The notes under the pieces: generated by a model | What the model was told of the DNA's origin: nothing | The model's input: only the letters and a program-made list of their open reading frames with translations | Database searches by the model: none | Program-made: the position numbers and the translations under genes | Shown: positions 1-11,833 of the stretch, one piece after another | Numbering within the stretch: position 1 is the stretch's first letter | Layout: each line of letters starts with the position of its first letter | Source of the DNA: Tubiluchus corallicola | Lineage: Eukaryota > Animalia > Priapulida | Reading direction: 5' to 3' | Assembly: GCA_030141605.1 (NCBI GenBank) | Contig: JAQGDQ010000083.1 | Coordinates: forward strand, 372,001 to 436,000 | Length of the DNA stretch: 64,000 nt

Positions 1-599
1 GTCGAAATTATGTGGAAGGTAATATCATTGTGTTCCAAGCAAATGGAGTACTTATATGGAGAACATTTATTGAAGAAGAAAAAGAAGAAGACGACCACGA
101 TACATATAATCACATGAAGACATTCACTTCAAGAATAAGATGGCTAACTTAAAACCATTAAGAATGACATCTTAGTGTTCTAACATCATAACCCCTTCTT
201 ACAAACTACTGCATACAAGAACATCATACGAGATATATTCCAACTATTATTGCTATTAAATTATCAAATGTTTAATTTAATCTGCACAAACATTCTGTTT
301 ACAGCTCGTACTGATTATAACTAACAACTAATACCTTTTATGCACATATATTGTATAAGACAACACGTTGCAAAGTGTTCTCTAATAAATCTGGGATTCA
401 CGCAACTCAAACTCCTTTTACAATGCGATATTCACAGCTCTCTGCCTTGGCCGCAACTCACCATGTCTAAACGCTCGACGCCCAGAACGCAACTCCTCGT
501 GTGTGTGCTCTGGAAATGATCTACGTCATGATATACGCCAAAACATTAGGTAAACAGAATCTTACATATTTACAGCGATTGCAAGAACTCAACACAATA

Positions 600-1060
600 T
601 CATTGAGAGAGAAGTCTACATGCTGACAATATCAACCTCAGTCTCGATGATTTCTTCCTTTGGGTTACTTTAAGCCATACACCATGAGGAAACTATAAAC
701 TTTTCAGCGAACGTGCTTGACTTAAGCTTCTCCAAAGAAGTTTATTCACCAGAGAAATTTTTACTCTAGCCTTATCGGTGCCAGTTTTACTAATAGTACT
801 TTCCGTCACCATCTTAAAAACGTAAATTTTGAACGCTTTGAAATTCAGAAGTCTGTCGCAGTAATTCTGCTTCCTTCCCTCAGGATCAAAGAGGTTGTTC
901 CCAACGTAAGTTTTTGCATTGATGAGAAAACCGGTCCCTGATGTCAACATAAGCCGTAAACATGTTAAGCAAGTCAGCGATTAGGTCATGGAATCGACTT
1001 CCAAAAAACGTGATAGATTCAGAGAACATATTGGCATTAAGTAGATTTAAAAGAGCAAAG
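600..1060 (+). mobile_element. Decayed 3' end of a CR1/L2-type LINE ORF2, apparently interrupted
   Basis: Broken translations 'GNYKLFSERA.LKLLQRSLFTR' (~688-753) and 'AIRSWNRLPKNVIDSENILALSRFKRA' (~976-1057) resemble the LINE C-terminal 'F..RV...WN.LP' motif. Stops are present. Confidence 0.4.
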
Positions 1061-1331
1061 ACAGTGGCGCGCTCAGTGCCAACTATGGGCTAGCCACACT
1101 AAAACATTCAATGGTATAGATTTAATGGTATCTATTACCAAGCTAGCCAACGTATTAGACAATTATTGATATCATTTCATTGACTGGAACCCAATCGGAG
1201 GAGGCAATATATTAGCTGGCTTTTTTAAAACTGTCAATGTTGCCAAGTAACTCATTCTTTTCTGTGGTGCTATGTCACAGCATTCTAAGATGTACTTATA
1301 GGTCCTAAACAGAATAAAGATGGTAAATCAC

Positions 1332-1406
1332 GATGATGACGACGACGACGACGATGATGATGATTATGATGATGATGATGATGATGACGACGATGATGAT
1401 GATGAT
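1332..1406. repeat. (GAT/GAC)n microsatellite
   Basis: Seen directly in the sequence. Confidence 0.9.
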
Positions 1407-2361
1407 AAATATACACTTTTAGCGTAGTTTACAAAAAATGATGACATGAATTCCTATTGCATTTTCAATAAGAATTAAAATGGCTTCCATTGTCTAAAAA
1501 TAAAAACTTGATCACTTTTACAATTAACATCCATAAAGACTCTAGCATGGTTGAATAAAAGAGAATAAATTTCACATACGGGCACACTTAGTCTACAAAT
1601 GATTGATACAGCTTCCAGGATTTTCTGTTTGCATTTCGCTTTTTCTTCAAGTCTGGTTACATCTGGCATGGATGAGCAAACGTATCATCGCTTTCTGCGA
1701 GTATCTTTACAGCTGATTTTTTGTTAATGTAGCCCTTTCTTTCTTTCTTTATTTTTTTCCTTCCTTCTTTTTTTCTTTCTTTTTTCCATACTTTCTTTTT
1801 CCTTTCTTTCTAACCGCCTTAAATTCATTTCTTTGTTTTTATCTTTTCATGGCTCAGTTTTGAAAACTTAAAACATAAAAAGTTTGGTCAACGAGACCAG
1901 CGACAACAACACAGGCTTACTTTATTACGATCAAACTTTCAAGCGTTTCCTATAGTGCAAAGTGCATTCCGTTTGTGTAACTTTACCTCACAAATCAAAC
2001 AAAACCACGATATATTAAGCCATGAATAAACTTTAGGCAAACGGATTTCCAATCCATGGGCGAGAAGTTTACGTTTGTTAGAGATGGTATTACAACAACA
2101 TCAGTTCATGTGTAACAACATAGGCGCAATATTGTGAATCTAATTTACCGTGGTTACTGTGAAAAAGAATCTTACAAGGTGTTATTATTGTCTTGTAATA
2201 ATCAGCCACCTTTGTGATTACTGGAAAGATAGTAGTTTAGTATTCATAGGAGTTACTTTCATGTAAGAAATCGTGCTAAGATTCGTGAAAATTGATTTGT
2301 AAAACAGGTATTCACACTTCTTACAGTGAAACAAGTAATCTACTGTTCGTCGAAAAGTAAT

Positions 2362-5300
2362 ATGGAAGAGTGTATACCTAGAGTGCTCAGAAAAGAATTA
2401 GACGCAGAGTTAGCTCTAGAAGAAGCCAACCTAAGAAGCAGGTCCTGGTATCATGGCAGTATTTCCAGGCAGAAATCGGAACAGCTGGTGAAATCAAACG
2501 GAAATTTTCTCGTCCGAGACTGCACAACACGACCAGGTAAACCCCAAAACATATTTTTACACGGTATGTCTTGCAGATTAACATCAATTAAATGTTTACT
2601 ATCCTTGATGCCATCAATTAGTTAGCACGATCCCGAATGACAAGAATTCTAAAAATAACCAAATTATTTAATGTAAGAGGTGTTATACTTACTCAGAACA
2701 ATAAAATTGAACAATTTTATATAGCATTTTGAATCCGTTAGGAAGAAACTCACTCTCAAATCTGTAAAAATGTTAACTAGTAATCTAATAAATTGTCCTC
2801 GAAATGACTGCGATTATTAATTAGTCGTAGTAATTTACTCCCTATTCTGTCAACTATATAGTTTTAGTTATTCGGCTATTTAAGCTTTCAGCCTTCACTC
2901 ATCTAAGCTAGGTCAACCGAGTACTCGTGTCTAGCAATAAAAATACTCAAGCTGAGTAATCAAATTACACCGACTGACCGCTCCTTGTCTGGATTCTCGT
3001 CTCGAATAAATATGGTTTGCAGATTATAGATGATGAGCCAAAATTGCAGAATGGCTTCTTTGCTAAAAATATTTAATATTTTAATAGATAATGTGATTGA
3101 ACTAAATTTAAGCTTCCTTTTAATGAGCCTACATGTTAAAAGGCCTGCATTTAATGACTATGTAAAGTCAGTAGCATTGCTTACAACGTTTTAGAACTAA
3201 GACTTGTTTATTGTGCTTAGGGGAATTTGTGTTGACATCTAGTTGGAAAGGTGTCCCTCTACACTTCATGGTGAACAGTACTGCAATGTCTGAAGGTAGA
3301 AATAGTAAGATCGACGTCAAGTATCACTTTGAGGATGAAATGTTCAACTCGTTAGCTGAAATGATTAGGTAAACAGTCTGCGTTGCTCAGTAAATTTCTG
3401 AAGAATCAGAAAACCCTGTTGTAATTGCTACTGTTACTGACGCCATTATTGCCGTTGTAGTCTTTGCTTTTCACTTTGCTGTTGCCGCTACAGCTCTGCT
3501 GCTGTTGTGGCTGTTCCTTGGTCATTGTTTTCTTTGTTGTTGTCGTTGCTGCTGCTGTTGCTGTTGTTGTAAAGATAGCAACGACTGACGATGAAATTTT
3601 AACGTTACCTTATTCTATCATTTAGTTTATGACAAAACGATAAAAACTGCTTACGTGGATAGGACTGGCAATCAGATTTTTTTAAAATTGCTGAAACGCG
3701 CCAAGTGACTCCTGGTGAACAAATCTTAAACTACATGGAAGTACTAACAAATGCTCTTAATTACAACATATTAAATCTGAACGGCAAGAGCGCGTTAGGT
3801 GTAGCTTTGATAAAAAATTTATGGAAATAATTTGAGGTAAGACCAAATAGGTCCGCTGCAGATTTGTTCTAATAGACAGATTAAGCAGATAGTTTACTAT
3901 TCTTTACGACAATATCATCTACATCACTTTCATGATCATTACGCAAAAGACAGCAGTGTCATGTTAGGTGGCTTTTTATAGTAATAAAGACCAATAATTA
4001 TAAGTTTAAAATTTTGTTATTATTATGGTGGTAGACCCCTATAGATATACCCTGTTATTGGGATATATTTTCACGATATTCACCTAATTTTAGGTTTTAT
4101 GTGGAACGAGCGAAACCAGTCACAGAAGCATCAGGCGCTTTAATAAGCAAACCAATACCACGTACTATTCCACTCAGTTATTATGACAAGAAATTTCCTC
4201 CATTAACTTCTTCTAATCTGAGAGAAGCTCTACTTCATGAACAGATGAAGCAAACACGACCGGCAAAGACCAGATCTGTACCAAATTCTGCCGCCTTGGC
4301 TGTCCACAAAACGGGTGAGAATCGAATTACGTTCAGCGAAAATCTATAATTAATTAATTGTTGTTATTATAGTGATATAGCGGAAAAGCATGTTGGCATT
4401 TCCAAAACAGGAAAACGTCGTAATAGCAGTATCCGGTATTATTTTATTTTCGTAATTTATATAGTTTGCTTTTATTCACAAGTATTTACTTCTGGTGGAA
4501 AAGCGAGGGAATAATTCTCCCCTCAAGCGCCCATTTAGGAGAAAAGTCGAAATTCCGTTTTTGCTGTTCCCTTTAAGGAATGCATACACACACAGATAAA
4601 CAAAAATTGTTATATAAGCTATCTTCGTTGTAAGATTTTATAACCTACAAACCTAAGATTTTGGAACTTTAACCTTCCATTGAAACAAAAAAGTAAATTG
4701 TGACCTTTCATCCTACAAGATGGTTTGCTTATTTCCTGTCTAACATTTCACATTTAAATAATGTTTAATTTACGATTTAATTTGCGTTTGGTGATCATGG
4801 TTTGACAATCATTACAGAAATCAAGCCGAGAGAGAAACTTAAAGGAGTATTTGCCAGGTTTAACAAAAAACCCAAAGTTCCTAAATTGGTACAGCCGGAA
4901 ACATTTTCTTACAGCACCTCTTCAGATTATGACAATCGTGGCGAGGAAGATGATGGCGAGCACGATTATGCCGAGCAGCGTCCTCGAGAAGAACAGCATG
5001 TACTCACTGGAACTTTGCCAAGATTTGGAAGCGAACCAGTTTTGAGTCCTTCCATGCAGAAAAGGGTCTCCGTCCTAGGTCATGTGCCATACTTTACTCT
5101 GCAATATGCGCAGCCCGTAGTCACCGGTTCGAATCCAGACTTGACTAGGGAACCGCCAAAACCAAAACGAGTGCCCAGTCAAAAGTGGAAAATGTCCAGA
5201 CAGTTGGTCTGTGAAAATCCTAGATACCATGACTATGATGAGTTGGATGATCCTGATGATGAAGAACATGAAGACTCTGCTGGTGGTAGTCGCATACGCG

Positions 5301-8300
5301 TCACAGCAGCACAACTGCCAGGCATTCAAACTGGAGAAACCGTAAGCATAATCCCTCGGCAAAGAGGTGTTCAGCATCTGCAAAAGTCCTCCGCTTCTAG
5401 TCCCAGTAAAATCCTGCCATACAGGAGAACTCAACATGTAAACAAAAACATCTCGTTGCCATACACAAAGAAAACTAAAAAACAGAAGGATCGTGTGCAG
5501 AAAAAACCTGATTCAGATAAAGAAACAGAAAATAGTAGCAGGAGTAGAGAGAAAAAAGGAATAAGAACGCCTCGCGATCATCACAAAGAATATCTCAAAA
5601 CTTCAGCAGTTTCTGCTAGTTCCAACACGAATAACGACTATGATGAGCCAGACAGTTCCGGGGATTTCTTTTATGATGTAAAACAACTAGAGGAAATATG
5701 GGAAACGTCGTATTTCCATTTAGATGGTTTTAAAAGTTCTTATTTAACAGAGGGAAACAAACCTCTTGACGTCAAAGCCATACAGAGCATCATTGCTACA
5801 CTAAAGACGACAAACCACAGTGAACTGGCGAGACATTTAACGCTCGTAGACTGTGATGTAATTCGCGCATCGTATGACTTCGGAATGAACGTCACATCCG
5901 GTTTCGAATTGTTGATTCTTCCTCACGGATCGCGGTTCCGACAGGATTTATTGGAAAGGTAATGTATGCAGTGTGCAGGGGCGGAACTAGGGGGGAGCGA
6001 GGGGGCCCCCTGTCAAAATTTGCGCCCCCCCTGCAAAATCGGACAATAATTTTTTTTGCAGTGAAAATTGCAGTTGGCATGTCATCATTTTCAATATGAA
6101 TTAGAATTAGGTAAAAAAATGTTTGGTAGCTTCAGTGCATTATTTTCTTAAAACGTGTGTGTGATAAATTTCTGTGAATAACAATTTTGTTAGAGGCACA
6201 TTAATAACGTTAGCTTAACTGAGAGTTAATTTTCTCATTATTGCTCTGTCCGCTACGCCGTCCTACACACGCTAATTATAGGCCTGCATGCAGTATAAAA
6301 GGGGTTAAAAATTGGCTTAACCATTATTTAACCACTTCGGATACCTCGCCCCCCCCCCCAGAAAATTTTAGCGCCCCCCCCCCGCTTGCCACATCTAGTT
6401 CCGGCCCTGGCAGTGTGGAGGATAAAATACCACCAACCAAACGACCGCCTGCCATAAGACCACATGCATGCTCCTCTTTAACACATTTTGCAAAATTTAA
6501 GTTGATTTTCACACTGTCAAAGGAAAACCAGGCCTAATCTTAAACTGTAAGTCAAAACAATCTACTCTTTAATTTAAAATATTGAAGTGAACCTACTATT
6601 TTTTAAAAGAATGATTTGCGTGAAAGAATTATTACCACACAAACAAGGTAATTTCGTGTTCCCGCGGCTAGTTCTTGTTACATGCATTTCGCCATTTGTT
6701 AGTTGGTCCCTAGCGCATGCATTTCGGAAACGCGTTGCATGAAAAACAACCAGTTCCTTTGTAACGTAATACACAACGTAACGTGTTCGAGAGCTCATAC
6801 GTGAGCACAGCGGTAAATTTTAAATTTCAATTTTTATTTAAAATTTGCCGAGTTTTTGTATATTACTGAATACAACTGAATGTTGTATACTAGTACTGTG
6901 CATAAATTTTTGCTTTCGCAAACTCGTGCAACACGCTCATGGAATGTTTGTGTTGTTCAAAACCATGTTCGTTTGTCATGTCATAAATAGCTAGGCTCGC
7001 CCGCCGTTAATTAAACTTCTACCGTGTTATTTAATTATCATAAATGCTTTGGCATTGTTATATGTGTTAAAATGTATACATTTTATAGTACTTCAAAATA
7101 GGGTAAGAAAAAGCGTCCTGTTTTGCTTTAAATTACTTTAAAACTGCCATTATTTTAAAATAATTTACAATACATATATAATCAAAGGCAGGCTGCGAGT
7201 ATAGTAATTGTTTAGGTAAATAAAAGTTAATAATTTTTAAATAAACATGTAAAAATTAAAACTTTGCAAATATTAGGCGATTTTAAGCCAATTTTTGGGT
7301 ATGTAAAAATCGGCAATCAAACCATGAATGGTAAATGCTGCTAAAAAGAACGCCAAAATAAAAAGCTGGGATGGTAACATCTTTCCCTGCTTATACCAGT
7401 GCGAGGGAGTGGTGAGTGAGAGTGTTGTTTTATTCTTCTCTCATCGCTTTTGTACTCTGCAAGCCGCTTTGTCCATGTTCAAAATTACAAGGCACTGATG
7501 ATTGATCGGGTTCTGCAGAAAAATAAAGTTTTTTTAAGAATATTCACTTTCATAACGATCATTCAGTCGTCAGTTGCTATATTAAAATTAAAACGCACAA
7601 CTAGTCAAGCTGATTGAAATTTCGCTTTTAGAAAGGCCCGGTGCTTTAGCTTGATATAACTCCTACATCAAACTCTGAATTAATACTCCCAGATCCACCC
7701 CTGAGTTGGACAATCCCCGGAAACTCACTACGCCAAATGTCAGGTATTCCAAATGAGAGAAGGAAGGGGAGCTAATTCGAATTTTTACCAATCCATGCAT
7801 AAAATACGCGAGTTTTTACTCTCCAGCGCTTAAGTTTTATGATAAGGAGGACGCCCATCATAACCTGAACTAGGAAGGCCAGGGAAAATAATTTGCATGT
7901 ATACAATTAAGACAAAAACTTTTCACAAAGTAGTCTTGTGTGAGTTAAAAACCTAAAGGAGCTCCTCTACATAATTGTAGAACACCCATTTTAATTTATA
8001 CCGGTAGCAAAAAGACATTTTTAATGCAGCGTTACTAATTTCTCACATAATTTTTTAGGTGGTTTTGTATGGAGATGTTTGTATCCAGCACTATTCTCAG
8101 AGCAAGTGATAGTAACGATCGTTACCAGTTGTTACACAAATGGACGCAGATAGCAGCCGCCTGCAAAGAAATTGGAAACTACTACAGTTTTGGCAGCATC
8201 ATAGAGGCACTTTGTAGCAACCCGGTAAGAGTAAAATCACATTATAGGTGTACTTTTTCACTTGTACGCAAAGATAAGGAGAAGATAAGAACTGAAAATG

Positions 8301-8899
8301 AAATAAGAAATCACCGAAAAGTGAATGAGAGAGAGAGAGAGGGGGGGAGGGGGGAGGCGAGGGTGGCAATGTTTAGCTGTTTACACTTTTTGATAAGAAT
8401 TGTCAATGTAAAACTGAACATTTGTTTCTGTTTGCAGATTTGCAGGCTTGGTGAGTCTTGGGACAGACTTCGCACTGAACACACTGAAACAGCTATTATG
8501 TTCGAGTCTCAGTTCAGAGGTTTGCTCAAAAGTCAGTTGCATTCCGGTATAGTTCTTGGTTTAGATGATCCTCATGCCGTCATTCCGTTGATTACACCTT
8601 TCATAAAGCTACTTGAAATGCAATCTTGTGCTGAACTATACGATGTTGATATGGAAATCATTGCTGCACATTTAGAAGGCGGTCGTAATATCGCCAGACA
8701 ATGTGAAACGTATCAGGAAAACATCCAAAGACGTCTGCCAAGCGATAGCCCTTATTCGGAGGAACTACGAGAAATGTTTAAGACCGAGATGCATTTGAGA
8801 TTACTCTTCGGATCTCAGGGCATCAGAGCTGAACAACATGAACGATACAGCAAATTCAGGCGACTTTTACAAATGATTTCTGAAAACACCGAGGAATGA
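2362..8899 (+). CDS. BCAR3/SH2D3C (NSP family) SH2-domain and RasGEF-like adaptor, ~770 aa, 6 coding exons (may extend further 5')
   Basis: Exons 2362-2536, 3221-3368, 4094-4314, 4818-5958, 8059-8224, 8438-8899. All introns are GT-AG and phases are consistent (2313 nt). SH2 motifs: WYHGSISRQKSEQLVKSNGNFLVRDC, GEFVLT...PLHF, YHFEDEMF. C-terminal CDC25-like domain: LARHLTLVDC, GFELLILPHGSRFRQDLLER, HLEGGR, EMHLRLLFGSQG. An acceptor at 2325-2326 with an open frame allows an upstream exon. Confidence 0.9.
5976..6409. mobile_element. Non-autonomous hAT-type MITE
   Basis: TIR CAGGGGCGGAACTAG / CTAGTTCCGGCCCTG (14/15 match). Perfect 8-bp TSD GCAGTGTG at 5968-5975 and 6410-6417. Confidence 0.9.
6517..7132 (+). 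mobile_element. Dispersed MITE family A, copy 1 (TTAA|AG termini, Kolobok-like)
   Basis: Ends AAAGGAAAACCAGG ... CCTGTTTTGCTTTAA. Blocks such as AAACTGTAAGTCAAAACAATCTACTC, CATGCATTTCGCCATT and CTCGCCCGCCGTTAAT are shared, with variation, by copies near 20.1-20.6 kb, 49.9-50.2 kb and 51.9-52.3 kb. The superfamily is an inference. Confidence 0.7.
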
Positions 8900-11833
8900 T
8901 ACAATTTCTTTCAATTATTTGGACAAGGATTGGGTACCTGCTTGACGATTTCTTTTCCACACGACACTTCGTTATAAAAACAAAGACCAATTATAATTGT
9001 GTGTTAGCGTTTTTAAATTTCAATTATTTTGCTCAAACAAACATAATTCCGTTCATATAAATTTCACTTTAGACATTCGGGTTCTTAAAAGTTCAAACTC
9101 AGCATGTCTTAAAGAAAACACATCTATTCTGGCAGCATTTGTTAGTCTCTAATAAAAAAATTAAATTATGTTGCATTGAAACTATACAACAACATAAGAA
9201 AGGAGAAAACGTTTGCAATTCACTCTTTATTATTTTAATAAATTTTAAAGTGAAACTAAAACCTCGTGAGCAACAATGCATTAATATGTTGCACCAATTC
9301 AGAATCATACTCTTTAAGTGGATCATTGGCAAATGAGTTTACCAATACTTTTGTCACCAATAATTATTATTAATTTCCCAAACTTAGAAAAAACTCAGGC
9401 ACACAGACTGAGAGTTGAAAAAGGAAACAATTTGTAGGGTTAAGATCTATATTACCAGTAAAGAGATCTACTGTAACAGTAACCATTGCCGTCCTCTTCT
9501 CAAGGGAAAGCTCTGACAATTCTGAGAACTAAACTGAGAATGGAAGGTCACTGACAATCTCCACTTCTAAAGTAATAATAGATAAAATACGAAGAGTATG
9601 TTTGCAATATATTTTGTTGATTAATTTATTAATTAATCATTTGTAAAGATTACAGTTCCTGTAAGAAAAGCTGACACTACTTGATGACTTATTCTTTTTG
9701 GTAAACATAATGATCAGCACAAAAAGCAAAATGTGTATCTTTATTTAAAAATGAATTGTATGGTCTACACAAGCAGAAATTTTTGTGTAACACAACACAA
9801 TTATGGTAAGCTCAACATAACATTTCTTGTAAAAGTATACCCAACTTTTGATTTTGTTGTTTATTAGTTTACATATAAGTAACCCAATTAGTTCAATTTT
9901 TAATAAAAGCAGCATGAAAGGTATTAGCTCTATCAACAAAATGACATAAAACTAACATTTTTTTTATTATCTACCATTAGTAATAAAAGGTAATTTACAC
10001 ACTTGTAATAAAGGCCAATTGTAAGTTAATGCTTACAAATTATTTGAATATTGAATAGTGACCCAGTGAAGCTGTACTAATCTTGACACACATCTATAAA
10101 TATTGCTTTATGTCTCCTTAAACTTAACATTGATAGTATCAACATCATTACCATCGATAAAAATGACAACAACAACAGCAACACTAACAACAACAACACA
10201 ATTAAAAATTACAACAGAAAAATTAAATTCCAACAATTTTACAATGATATATTTTCATATATCGACACCTTTCAATTTTGTCATTTAAACATGCCAATTT
10301 AGAATATTTATAACACACTCAGAGATAAAGTTTAATAAAGCAAAACAGGAAACCCCCAAAAAGTGTAAAGCACAATACTGATGTAATTGTTGTTAACATT
10401 CACAAAAAGCTACAGCTAAGCAACTTGTAAGTAAAACTTAACAATAAAAATAACAATTTACCACCTGCAGTTTTCAAAATAGTTGGCAATATATACAAAA
10501 AAAATCATAAGTGCTATATTTAACAACATTGAAATACACAATTAACATATAATTTAAAGAAAAGGTTGTATAGCAGATATTATTCACACAACATTGTAAA
10601 AATGTGATTTTTGTTAATTTAGGAAATACATGAATGTGCTAAAGCCACTAATATCATTAGGAGAATATGATAAAACTAAGAAGCCAAGCAAGCGAATATT
10701 GTAGGCTAACATACAGAATGCTAACAGCTACTTGCTTCCAGCCCTGTATTGACGTTTTGATATTTATTACAGCAATTTCTAGTAACCATGAAAAATATTT
10801 GGTTGCCAGAGTAATATTGAAAAGTTTTACATTAATTTCACATTCTGGAAGAAAGTAGCAGACCAATAAATCCGAGAGAAACATTCATTCAGACCAACTG
10901 CACAAAACTATTTGAAATTCATTTACTGGTTTACCTCTTACTTTTTTATCTATTTACTTATGTTTTTTATGTAACAATGACTAAGTACAGTAGGAATGAG
11001 TCGATTTTAATGAAAAACAAACATGCTCCAACTTCAGAAAATTACATAAATCGTAACGTATGTACTACTGACATTCTTAACATAAATGAATTTAGCACAC
11101 ATAAATATAAAATTGTGACAGGCTGAAGCTGAACTGAAGGGTCTACAACACTCTAGTAGCGAAAAGAAACTTCATGGAATGTAATTTATATAATTCATTA
11201 AGGAATACCAAAATGGAATATAGGAGCACCAGTAAAATTTAAAATACCTCATCTGACACATTGTAAGAAAATAAATTCTTGCCTTATAAAAGTTATGCTT
11301 AAAAAATATTTATAATTATTGTTAATCATACATATTACACAGGACAACCGATAGAACGAAAGTTAACAGCTCGAATAATAACATCAGATGTGAAAACAAG
11401 ATTCTGATGCAAGAATAATAAAAATAGCATAAATTCTCCAAATCCAAACATGTATATTGATAGACTGTATGCCAAAAAGTTTGGCAGCACTTGTGACAAC
11501 TTGATCCATTCACTCTAAAAATAGTGTGCGGGTACCCACACACACAACAATTGCACACGATTGGCTAATCTTAAACTTATGAATTAGGGCATTCTAACAT
11601 CACTTGTTAAGGAATTTATTACCACAGTGGATGAGAAGGTTCCACAATGGCTTTTCAATCTTAAAGTGGTGCTTGGAAAGCACCTTATCCTAATAAAAAG
11701 CTAACCGTTTGATACCTGATATGAACGAATACAATGCTCAAAAACAAAGCAACAAATCATGGCATGTTAGTTAGCTGCTATTTCCTACTCATCAGGAATT
11801 TGAATTTGTACTTTTCCTAGAGAGATACAAAAG

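Noticed and set aside
693-950. 85-aa minus-strand ORF ending LSQARSLKSL, faintly like a helicase motif
   Set aside because: No other helicase motifs are present. The opposite strand is better explained as a LINE remnant.
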